A DNA stretch of 64,000 nucleotides from Azolla caroliniana (taxonomy: Eukaryota; Plantae; Polypodiophyta): the NCBI GenBank assembly GCA_043228905.1, contig JBHGNT010000013.1, positions 9,858,001 through 9,922,000 of the forward strand. Direction: 5' to 3'. Positions 9,881 to 18,893 of this stretch are shown one piece after another (the stretch's first letter is position 1; the number at the start of each line of letters is the position of its first letter). The notes below the pieces were generated by a model, which had not been told where the DNA came from, did not search any database, and saw only the letters and a list, made by a program, of their open reading frames with translations. Made by a program: the position numbers and the translations under genes.

Positions 9881-11305
9881 GGATTACTCCTGACAACACT
9901 ATAAAAGAAGGCACTAGGCATTATGTTGAACCAATTTGGTTCAACACCAGTCTTAAGCCTCTTAGCCGATTTGTACTTATCTTTCATATAATATAAGAGT
10001 TGCTGTCATCATCCTTCTCTCTCTCTCATTCTCGCTATCTCTCTTTTCGCTTCTCTCTTTCTCTCTCTCTCGGGAGTCTTACGCAATCCCGTCCTCTTAG
10101 TAATAATAGTACTGCTCTTCTTTAGTACTAATTCCATCTTTGCTTTAGTACTATTCCTGACAACTGTAAGTCCATCTCGACTCCTCTAGATAGAATCGTC
10201 AAGCTTCACCCCGATTCCGGAAAGGTATGCGACCCGACGAGGTTCCGACAGATTGTCGGAAGCCTTATATACTTGACCATCACCCGACCAAATCTCAACT
10301 ACCCGGTCAGGGTGATCAGTCAGTTCATGGTGCTATCGACCAAGGAGCACCTTCAGTGTGCACAACGCGTACTCTGGTACGTCAGTGGCACTAAGGACCG
10401 GGGGCTACTATATCGGACCGATACTGACGTGCAGTTGGTTGGTTACATCGATGCTAATTGGGCCGGAAACGCCGGCGATCGCCGATCCATGTCCGGTTTC
10501 GCATTCTCTCTTGGGAGTGCCGCGATCGCGTGGAGTAGCAAGAAGTAGTCAACAGTTGCACTATCGAGCACCGAAGCCTAGTATAGAGGAGCGGTTGTCG
10601 CGACATGCGAAGCCATATGGTTGAAGCGGCTACTTAAGGATCTGCAGGTGGAGGTATCCGATCCAACGACAATCTATTGCGACAACCTCTGTAGTATCCA
10701 GCTAGCTAAGAACCCCGTCTTCCACGCCTGGACTAAGCACATTGAGGTGCACTACCATTTGGTCTGTGAGCGTGTCCTCTCCGGTGGAGTCGAACTTCAG
10801 TATGTTCCGACGGATCGGCAGAACGCCGACATCTTCACCAAGCCTCTTGGTCTGGATAAGTTGCGGCAATTCTCGGGTGCGCTTGGGTTGCGTCACCTCG
10901 ATGTGCCAAACTTGAGGGGGAGAGACGTCCATGATGATCATGGAAGGGAGCAGGAAAAGAGCGGAAAAGACCGTGACGCCGAGCCGAATGACGAATTCGA
11001 TCTCGGATCGGCTGAAGAAGCCGAGGGCAGATCCATAGAAGAGCCCAAAGGCAAACATAAGGGGAGCAGTCGAAAGAAAGAGCCGAAGCCAACCAAGCGT
11101 GGGGGAGACGAAGCCATCAAGGGCGAGAAGACCGAAGACGAGTTGGAGACAACCAACTCGGACGAGAGCGAAAACCGATCGGAGGAAGCCGAATCGGTTC
11201 AGATGTTTGATTCGGATACGTTGAATCAACCAAGGGCCAAGCATAAGAGAAGGTGTCATGAAGACATACATCTTGGCTTATCATGACATTCATCTTGGCG
11301 AACCA

Positions 11306-11360
11306 GGAATCGAACCCATAACCTCTTGGTTTACATATTGTACTTTAACCATTGTAATAA
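11306..11360 (-). promoter_or_regulatory. tRNA-like B-box (perfect GGTTCGATTCC) plus degenerate A-box in U3 of element B
   Basis: Plus strand GGAATCGAACC 11306-11316; minus strand reads ...CAATGGTTAAAG...GAGGTT.ATGGGTTCGATTCC. Repeated in the 3' LTR. Confidence 0.6.
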
Positions 11361-11413
11361 CATATGTGAGATGTAATCATAATAATTATATGTTTAGTTA
11401 TTACGAGATATTT

Positions 11414-11516
11414 AGAACATTCTAGATTATTCTAGAATGTTCTTGAATATTTCATGATTATATTTATTATTATTATTATTCATAAATATCTAAAATATTC
11501 TAGAACATTCTAGAAT
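11414..11516. promoter_or_regulatory. Two heat-shock-element arrays in LTR B
   Basis: GAAcaTTCtaGAttaTTCtaGAAtgTTCttGAA (11415-11447) and TTCtaGAAcaTTCtaGAA (11498-11515). Confidence 0.75.
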
Positions 11517-11803
11517 ACTCCATAAGGGCCTATAAATAAGAGTCCATACACTCATCACAACTCATTCGGTTCGACACCATCCTATAGCTCCCTATTGCCT
11601 ACTCCTTGTAATCTTCTTTCTCATAATATAATCGCATTCCCATTTCTTATCTCTCACTTATACTTTTCTCTCTCTCGCACTCTCTCCCTCTTTCACTCTC
11701 TTTCTATCACTATCGCTATCTCTACCGCTCTCGCCATCTCTATCGTTATCGTTATCTCTATCGCCATCGCTCTCTCTGCTTCCTACTCAAGAGTCACGAC
11801 AGT

Positions 11804-11814
11804 TTGAACCGAAT
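11804..11814 (+). promoter_or_regulatory. Self-priming PBS of chromovirus B
   Basis: TTGAACCGAAT is the exact reverse complement of ATTCGGTTCAA (16949-16959), ~33 nt after TATA. Confidence 0.8.
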
Positions 11815-11886
11815 ATTTCTTTTCCCTTTCTCCAATAACCCTAGCAAGCTTTCTTCTTTATCCTTCTTTCTTTTTCCCCCGCGGTT

Positions 11887-13014
11887 ATGGAGTCGGTCAG
11901 CAAGCAAGAGTATATGCGTGTCCTTTCGGAGCTCGATATGCTCACCACTAAGTTTGTGGCATTAGAGCAAGAAAATCAAAGGCTACTCGGGGATCTTCAA
12001 CAAGTCAGTACTGAGAAAGCTCATCAATATGAGGAGTTATCACAACGGGTTCATCAACTTGAGGCTACTATATTAGCATTACGAGAACAAGCGGCGGGGG
12101 TTCAAAACTCCCCAAGGGAACCAAAGATTAGCCTCCCTGCCAAGTTTGATGGTACCAGATCTCTCTTTCGAGGTTTCCTGAATCAAGTTCGTTTGGTGAT
12201 TCAGTTACATCCCAATCGGTATCCAACTGATGCTGCCCGTGTGGGATTAATAGGAACCTTGCTAAGCGGTACAGCGTTAGCATGGTTTGCACCACTTCTT
12301 GAGAAGAAATCACCATTACTGGAGGATTTCGAGGCATTCGTTAAGGAGTTTCAAGCTAGTTTTGGAGATACGGATAGCACTAGGACTGCAATAAACAAGA
12401 TTCGAAGACTCCGACAAGGAGATCGTCCCGCTTCAGCTTATGCCGCAGATTTCCGTCTCTTGGCATGCGACATCCCTTGGGATGAGGCAGCCTTAATGGA
12501 TCAATTCCGTCAGGGTTTGCGTAACGATGTCAAAGATCTTCTTCTTACTTTCCATGAAGATCCAAAGTCTCTTACTGAAGCTATTAGCCGAGCTGTGCGA
12601 TGTGATAATCGCCTATTTGAGCGACGTTCTGAACGTCAACAAATGTTACGCCGCCAACCGGAACAGACATACGCTTCTATAGTCGCCACACCGCCACAAG
12701 GTTCTAGACCCGTTACGAGGGATGGTCCCACTCCGATGGAAATAGAGTTGACACAACGTCGCGGGCCCTTATCAGATGCTGAGAAACAACGACGTCGGGC
12801 GCATCGCCTATGCCTCTACTGTGGTGGTCCAGGACATATAGCTGTGAATTGTCCACATAAACCCAGGCGTCAAGTTTACCAAGTAAGTGCACATGACAAC
12901 CCTACATCAAGTTCTACTATCACTTCTAATAACTTAAGTACTAAGCCTACTAGCCCATGCCATGAGAATAGATTTGATGTCTTGAGCCAATTAGAGGATG
13001 TGTTAAACGAATAA
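11887..13014 (+). CDS. gag: Gag of chromovirus B (coiled coil, retrotransposon gag domain, CCHC knuckle)
   Basis: 375 aa ORF with CLYCGGPGHIAVNC. Confidence 0.95.
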   Translation: MESVSKQEYMRVLSELDMLTTKFVALEQENQRLLGDLQQVSTEKAHQYEELSQRVHQLEATILALREQAAGVQNSPREPKISLPAKFDGTRSLFRGFLNQVRLVIQLHPNRYPTDAARVGLIGTLLSGTALAWFAPLLEKKSPLLEDFEAFVKEFQASFGDTDSTRTAINKIRRLRQGDRPASAYAADFRLLACDIPWDEAALMDQFRQGLRNDVKDLLLTFHEDPKSLTEAISRAVRCDNRLFERRSERQQMLRRQPEQTYASIVATPPQGSRPVTRDGPTPMEIELTQRRGPLSDAEKQRRRAHRLCLYCGGPGHIAVNCPHKPRRQVYQVSAHDNPTSSSTITSNNLSTKPTSPCHENRFDVLSQLEDVLNE

Positions 13015-16000
13015 GTCCGGCCAAAATAGGAGCCATTTGGTTGGACCATCCTAGTTATGTAGAGTCAGTACCTAGTTGTGGTTCCATTTCATCAAATCAA
13101 GTTAGTAGAGTTTTTTCTGCACAAGTCGAGCTTAGCACATCTACAGGTCATCGCGCCCTAGCCTCTGCCCTCCTAGATTCCGGAGCCAATTCTTGTTTCA
13201 TGGATCGCGAGTTTGCATTGACTCAAAACATCATCTTGAAAAAACTCCCAAACCCAGTAGCTGTAGGAGTCATCGATGGTCGCCCTATAGCATCAGGAGA
13301 TATAGTCGAAGAGTCTGAACCAATTCGTGTAGTCCTAGGTAATTTGGCTAGTGTCATCTCATTTAACATCATTAGTAGTCCGGAGCACTCTCTAGTTCTT
13401 GGTCTTCCTTGGTTTGAGTTACATAACCCAACCATTGATTGGAGAAAAAGAACTATTGAAGAGGTCACCGTACAATCCAAGTCTCTTGAAGCTCCAACTA
13501 AGGATCTAGGATCCCCCACAATTTCAACAATCTCTATACATCAATTACGAGAGGATGGAAGAAAGGAAGACATGATGGTATTTGCGGTTTTAGCAACTCC
13601 CTCATCTAGCTCACAAGAATTGGGGGTCCAACTACCAAAGAAGTACATAGAATTCTCCGATGTGTTCGATAAGGTGAAGGCTAATAGACTACCAGAGCAT
13701 CGACCATATGATTGCCCAATTGATTTGCAGCCAGGAAAAGAGCCTCCATGGGGACCAATTTATAATCTTTCGCCCACGGAGTTAGAGGTTCTTCGAGAAT
13801 ATATCAATGAGAACTTGGCAAATGGTTTTATCCAACATTCAAAATCTCCTGCTGGTGCACCCATCTTTTTCGTTAAGAAGAAAGATGGTACGCTTCGTAT
13901 GGTCGTGGATTATCGAGGCTTAAATAAAGTGACCGTTAGAAACCGATATGCTCTCCCATTGATCTCAAGCCTTCTAGAACGCCTCAGTGAAGCAAAGTAT
14001 TTCACGAAGTTAGATCTTCGAGGTGCCTACAACCTTGTTCGAATTCGTCCTGGGGATGAATGGAAGACGGCGTTCCGCACTCGCTATGGTCATTTTGAGT
14101 ACACAGTGATGCCTTTTGGCCTCACGAATGCACCAGCAGTCTTCCAACATATGGCGAATGATATTTTTCGAGACTTCCTCGATATCTTCATCATTGTTTA
14201 CCTGGATGATATCTTGATCTACTCAAAAACTCAAGAAGAACATGATATACATGTTCGCCAAGTTTTGCAACGGCTACGAGAGTATGGTCTCTATGCAAAA
14301 TTGGAGAAGTGTAGTTTCGACCAACGTCAAGTGGAGTTTTTGGGGTACATAGTCTCTTCAAATGGCATCTCTATGGATCCATCAAAGGTTCAAACAATTT
14401 TGGATTGGCAAACACCACAGTCCGTGCGAGATGTGCAATGTTTTTTGGGGTTCGCAAACTTTTATCGCAAGTTCATCAAAGATTATTCAAAAATTGTGTT
14501 GCCCCTCACTCAACTGACGCACAAGAATCGATCATTTGTATGGAGTATAGATGCGAACTCTGCATTTGAGGGTTTAAAGCAAGCATTTACATCCGCACCA
14601 ATCTTAATCCATGTCGATCCAATGAGGCGCTTTATACTTGAAGCTGATGCATCGGATTTCGCACTCGGAAGTGTACTATCCCAAATTGGTGATGATGGTG
14701 AACTGCACCCGGTGGCTTTTCACTCACGAAAATTTGAAGCCACAGAAATCAACTATGAGATTCACGACAAAGAGCTTCTTGCCATTGTGGATTCTTTTCA
14801 ACAATGGCGTCATTTTCTGGAGGGTTCTTCTCAGCAGATTATTGTCTACAATGATCATAAAAATCTAACATACTTTCAAAGTGCTCGAGTCTTGAATCGA
14901 CGACAAGCTCGTTGGGCGCAGTTCTTAACTCGTTTCGATTTTGTAATTCTATATCGCCCTGGGATGCAACAAGGAAAAGCAGATGCTTTATCTAGACGTT
15001 CGTATATGGAACTTCAACCTGGAGAGGCCGCATTTGAAAGCCAAAAGCAAATCCTCTTAGGTCCTGATCGTCTACGAATAATGGCAATGCATACCATCAA
15101 CACACCGGGAGATTCAAGGCTTCTTGATTCCATTCGTGAGCAGATTGCGACTGATGCGTTCGCCCAAGAGGTTTTGAGCCATATTATCCCAAATCGTGCA
15201 TCTAGCTCCCAAACTCAAAATCCTCGTCTAGACTACACCCAGTTTAGTTGGCATGATGGGTTACTTTTTCGACAAACTCTCTTGTATGTGCCTGACGGTC
15301 CTTCTCGACTCAAAGTCATGCAACAATGTCATGACACACCAATGGCAGGACACTTCGGCATCCACAAGACTTTTGAGTTGATTTCTCGCCGATATTGGTG
15401 GCCACGGCTTCGCCATTTTGTTACGGATTATGTTCGTAGCTGTGATACATGTTGCCGATCAAAAAAGCCTCGACATCATCCATATGGCTTATTACAGCCA
15501 ATGCCTATTCCGGAGAGCCCATGGAAATCTATTTCCTTGGACTTTATTACGGATCTTCCACCTTCCAAGGGATTTGATTCGATTCTCACGGTTGTCGATC
15601 GTTTTACGAAGATGGCACATTTCCTTCCATGCACAAAGACCATTACTAGTCAAGAGACAGCTGATTTACTCATGCGGGAGGTGTTTCGCCATCATGGTCT
15701 TCCGGATGATATTATCAGTGATCGGGGTCCCCAATTCATCTCGAAATTTTGGCGGCACATGTTCAGACTCTTACATACTTCTTGTAAACTCTCTTCCGGC
15801 TACCATCCAAAGACTAATGGGCAGAGTGAGCACACCAACCAAACAGTCGAGCAATATCTACGTTGTTTTGTCAACTATCAACAAGATGATTGGGTGGATT
15901 TACTACCTTTGGCAGAATTTGCTTATAACAACTCCGAGCATTCTTCTACTGGATATTCCCCATTTTTTGCAAACATTGGGTACCATCCTCGTTGGACGAT

Positions 16001-16646
16001 GCTTGAACATCCTGAACTCCCAAAAAACCCAGCTGCTGAAGATCGGCTCACTCGACTCCAAGAAGTTCAAGATATGCTTTTGCATCATTTATGTGAAGCC
16101 CAAAACACTCAAAAGAAGATTGCTGACCGTCATCGGCGTGATTCATCGACTACATTTCAAGTAGGCGATCGTGTATGGCTCTTACAAGGTAGCATTAAAA
16201 CGACCCGACCTTGCTACAAATTGGATTATCAACGTTTTGGCCCATATGTCATAAGTGGTAAGATCAATGATGTGACATTTCGACTTGATCTTCCTCCTCA
16301 TATGCGTCTTCACCCGGTCTTCCATGTTTCACTTTTGGAGCCTTACACAACGAGCTCTATTCCGGGTCGTGTTACACCTCCCCCACCTCCAATTGACGTT
16401 TCCAATGGCTCTGAATATGAGGTTGCCGCTATCCTCGACTCCAAGATCATTCGCAACAAACTATACTACTTGGTTGATTGGTTAGGCTATACACCTAATG
16501 ATCGAACATGGGAGCCTGCCGAACATCTTGCCAATGCCTCCGACATGGTTGTTGCATTTCACAACCAATATCCTCATAAACCAAGTCTGAACTCTTTTCT
16601 TCCGACTCGTGCAACTCGTCATCGAAAAGGGGGGATAATGTCATGA
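12978..16646 (+). CDS. pol: Pol of chromovirus B (PR-RT-RNaseH-IN-chromodomain), in the -1 frame relative to gag
   Basis: Frame open from 12978 (after TGA 12975) with no nearby ATG; LLDSGA, YLDD, DASDFALG, HHCC, SDRG, GQSE and chromodomain motifs. Confidence 0.95.
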   Translation, partial: CLEPIRGCVKRISPAKIGAIWLDHPSYVESVPSCGSISSNQVSRVFSAQVELSTSTGHRALASALLDSGANSCFMDREFALTQNIILKKLPNPVAVGVIDGRPIASGDIVEESEPIRVVLGNLASVISFNIISSPEHSLVLGLPWFELHNPTIDWRKRTIEEVTVQSKSLEAPTKDLGSPTISTISIHQLREDGRKEDMMVFAVLATPSSSSQELGVQLPKKYIEFSDVFDKVKANRLPEHRPYDCPIDLQPGKEPPWGPIYNLSPTELEVLREYINENLANGFIQHSKSPAGAPIFFVKKKDGTLRMVVDYRGLNKVTVRNRYALPLISSLLERLSEAKYFTKLDLRGAYNLVRIRPGDEWKTAFRTRYGHFEYTVMPFGLTNAPAVFQHMANDIFRDFLDIFIIVYLDDILIYSKTQEEHDIHVRQVLQRLREYGLYAKLEKCSFDQRQVEFLGYIVSSNGISMDPSKVQTILDWQTPQSVRDVQCFLGFANFYRKFIKDYSKIVLPLTQLTHKNRSFVWSIDANSAFEGLKQAFTSAPILIHVDPMRRFILEADASDFALGSVLSQIGDDGELHPVAFHSRKFEATEINYEIHDKELLAIVDSFQQWRHFLEGSSQQIIVYNDHKNLTYFQSARVLNRRQARWAQFLTRFDFVILYRPGMQQGKADALSRRSYMELQPGEAAFESQKQILLGPDRLRIMAMHTINTPGDSRLLDSIREQIATDAFAQEVLSHIIPNRASSSQTQNPRLDYTQFSWHDGLLFRQTLLYVPDGPSRLKVMQQCHDTPMAGHFGIHKTFELISRRYWWPRLRHFVTDYVRSCDTCCRSKKPRHHPYGLLQPMPIPESPWKSISLDFITDLPPSKGFDSILTVVDRFTKMAHFLPCTKTITSQETADLLMREVFRHHGLPDDIISDRGPQFISKFWRHMFRLLHTSCKLSSGYHPKTNGQSEHTNQTVEQYLRCFVNYQQDDWVDLLPLAEFAYNNSEHSSTGYSPFFANIGYHPRWTMLEHPELPKNPAAEDRLTRLQEVQDMLLHHLCEAQNTQKKIADRHRRDSSTTFQVGDRVWLLQGSIKTTRPCYKLDYQRFGPYVISGKINDVTFRLDLPPHMRLHPVFHVSLLEPYTTSSIPGRVTPPPPPIDVSNGSEYEVAAILDSKIIRNKLYYLVDWLGYTPNDRTWEPAEHLANASDMVVAFHNQYPHKPSLNSFLPTRATRHRKGGIMS
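13002..13054 (+). promoter_or_regulatory. -1 ribosomal frameshift signal, element B
   Basis: G_TTA_AAC 13002-13008; spacer GAATAA; 11-bp stem GTCCGGCCAAA/TTTGGTTGGAC; loop TAGGA pairs with TCCTA downstream. Confidence 0.82.
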
Positions 16647-17185
16647 AGACATACATCTTGGCTTATCATGACATTCATCTTGGCGAACCAGGAATCGAAC
16701 CCATAACCTCTTGGTTTACATATTGTACTTTAACCATTGTAATAACATATGTGAGATGTAATCATAATAATTATATGTTTAGTTATTACGAGATATTTAG
16801 AACATTCTAGATTATTCTAGAATGTTCTTGAATATTTCATGATTATATTTATTATTATTATTATTCATAAATATCTAAAATATTCTAGAACATTCTAGAA
16901 TACTCCATAAGGGCCTATAAATAAGAGTCCATACACTCATCACAACTCATTCGGTTCAACACCAGTCTTTAGCCCTTAGCCTACTCCTTGTAATCTTCTT
17001 TCTCATAATATAATCGCATTCCCATTTCTTATCTCTCACTTATACTTTTCTCTCTCTCGCACTCTCTCCCTCTTTCACTCTCTTTCTATCACTATCGCTA
17101 TCTCTACCGCTCTCGCCATCTCTATCGTTATCGTTATCTCTATCGCCATCGCTCTCTCTCTGCTTCCTACTCAAGAGTCACGACA
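16639..17185 (+). repeat. 3' LTR of chromovirus B (547 bp)
   Basis: Matches 11254-11801. Confidence 0.95.
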
Positions 17186-17382
17186 GAAGGCAGCAAAAGA
17201 GGTGCCAACACCGCAACAACAAGGAAGCTGAGAAGGGTTGTGTGAGCAGACAAGCCGACCGGAAGGGTCAAGGTGTGCAGAATTGAACAGGTTGAGGAGC
17301 GTGAGCGAGGCGTGAAGCCAGAAGGAACCGGGGCGCAAATCTGGAAGAGCAGATGGAACCTCAAGTTGAGCTTGAGGGGGAG

Positions 17383-17803
17383 TGTTGAGATACAAGCTCA
17401 ACATTGGCCGGATTGGTTGGGGCCAATCAGTTAGGCCAGACCGATGCGTAAAACGGGTGCGTAAACTGGTACACAAACCGGTGCGTAACGAGAAGCCGTA
17501 GCGGTGGGTAAACCGCGAGGCCGTTGGAAAAATATTCCATGTAGGAATATATTTTGGGAGTTATCGTAGAGCTCGGTTATGAGCATTGAAGTACGTGTCA
17601 GTACTTTTGTTAGTCCGTATCGACTTGTATAAAAGTGCTCACTGAGCACATTCTACGTATAGATTGAGTATTATTTTTTAATTGAATTTCTGTGTGTTCT
17701 CTCTTTCAGTCTCTCCCGCGTATTGTGTATATTCAAGCTCTCCATTAAACCTGCCTATTTTCTGTGTTCGGTTTTCTATTGCTTCCGCACATAATCTTTT
17801 TCA
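17383..17803 (+). repeat. 3' LTR of Copia D
   Basis: Follows the PPT; similar to the LTR at 38079-38443; the right flank resumes Copia E coding sequence. Confidence 0.75.
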
Positions 17804-18298
17804 ATCCCCTTCTCACTCATATGACCTAGTCTCTTGTGTCATATCTCTCTTGCTGAGTCCGCTGCCACATTCACTTCCGACTTGCACAGTCGGGCATACA
17901 TCATATACAATGTGCCTTCTTTCTATGCTCGGGCCACTATGAGGTTTCCTCGGTAGAACTTCCACTTGCCATTCTAAAAGCTACCATTATAGCCTTCATC
18001 ATCCATCTTTCCAGTCGATATCAGATTCAATCTAATATTGGGGACATGTCGAACATCCTTCAGAGTCTGTCGACGTCGTCAAACAGACACTTCTGACTCC
18101 GACTATCTTGCACTCCCCACTGTCACCCATCTTTAAATAACCATGATCATTGTCTATGTAAGTCGAGAAATACCCTCTTGACGGAGTTAATATGTGGAAA
18201 GATGCACCGGAGTCGATCACCCAAGTGCATTCGCTTGCAAGATTTGCACTTGCTTGTTCACAAATGAACAAGAGTTCTTCATTGCTCGTAGCAATGGC

Positions 18299-18893
18299 TA
18301 GCAATGGGCCCGGTTTCGGCTTAAACTGAACCGAACCGTTAAACCATGGTTTAAAGGTTTATAATTTCCAAAATAATTAAATGGTTTGGTTTGGTTTTAA
18401 TTAATAATAAACGATTCGGTTTCAGTTCGATTTGGCTTTGAAATTAGGGTTTATAGGTTTATAGGTTTTTGGGCTATCTTTTTTTATCCATTAAATGTTT
18501 ATGTAATTTAATAGTTTAATTAATGTTTTTCATTGGTTTAATTCACTTAACTTAATTGTTTATTTAATCTAATGGCTCAATTAATCTTATTTATTTATTT
18601 ATTTATTTTAATATAAATTCTTATTTAATTTTGTGTATTTTTTAATTAATTTTTTAATTAGCTTGGCTTAAATGTGGTTAGGTTTAAACTTTTTATTAAA
18701 TGGTTCGGTTTGGTTTTAACTTTTCCTTAAACGGTTTTGGTTTAAATGGTTTAGTTTACCTCTTTTTTAAATGGTTTGGTTTAAATGTTCTAATGTTCAT
18801 AAACGGTTTGGTTTGGTTTTTGTTTTATATAAAAGGGTTTGGTTTGGTTTGGTTTGGTTTCAAGGCATCGAAACCGAACCGGGCCCATTGCTA
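18299..18893. mobile_element. Non-autonomous hAT element (MITE), 595 bp
   Basis: 17-bp perfect TIR TAGCAATGGGCCCGGTT; 8-bp TSD GCAATGGC (18291-18298 / 18894-18901); many subterminal AAACC(G)/GGTTT motifs. Confidence 0.92.

Larger units (their letters stand above)
1..10162 (+). mobile_element. Ty3/Gypsy chromovirus A (Tcn1/Tf1-sushi-like), degenerate, interrupted by a Copia at 1476-6194
   Basis: Partial 5' LTR 1-186 matches 3' LTR 9716-10162; gag-PR-RT-RH-IN-chromodomain order; PPT AAGGGGGAGATAG before the 3' LTR; many stops and frameshifts. Confidence 0.93.
9716..10162 (+). repeat. 3' LTR of chromovirus A (447 bp)
   Basis: TGTCA...TGACA; TATAAAA at 9900; HSE at 9861-9880. Confidence 0.93.
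11254..11801 (+). repeat. 5' LTR of chromovirus B (548 bp)
   Basis: TGTCA...CGACA; TATAAATA at 11531. Confidence 0.95.
11254..17185 (+). mobile_element. Ty3/Gypsy chromovirus B, full length and apparently intact
   Basis: TSD GAAGG 11249-11253 / 17186-17190; LTRs 11254-11801 and 16639-17185 nearly identical; uninterrupted gag and pol ORFs; PPT AAAAGGGGGGATAA. Confidence 0.97.
10163..17803 (+). mobile_element. Copia D 3' part (RT end, RNase H, charged extension, 3' LTR 17383-17803); host of chromoviruses A and B
   Basis: TITRP, WSSKK, DNL.SIQLAKNPVFHA.TKHIEVHYH and ADIFTK motifs; PPT TTGAGGGGGAG, then TGTTGAGA...TTTTTCA. Confidence 0.85.

Noticed and set aside
11296-11370. Functional tRNA gene ending in CCA on the minus strand
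   Set aside because: Acceptor and anticodon stems do not pair and the CCA is misplaced relative to the T-loop; kept only as a tRNA-like promoter module.
13041-13043. Independent pol start at TTG from the ORF track
   Set aside because: Not an ATG; the frame is open from 12978 and overlaps gag, consistent with frameshifting.
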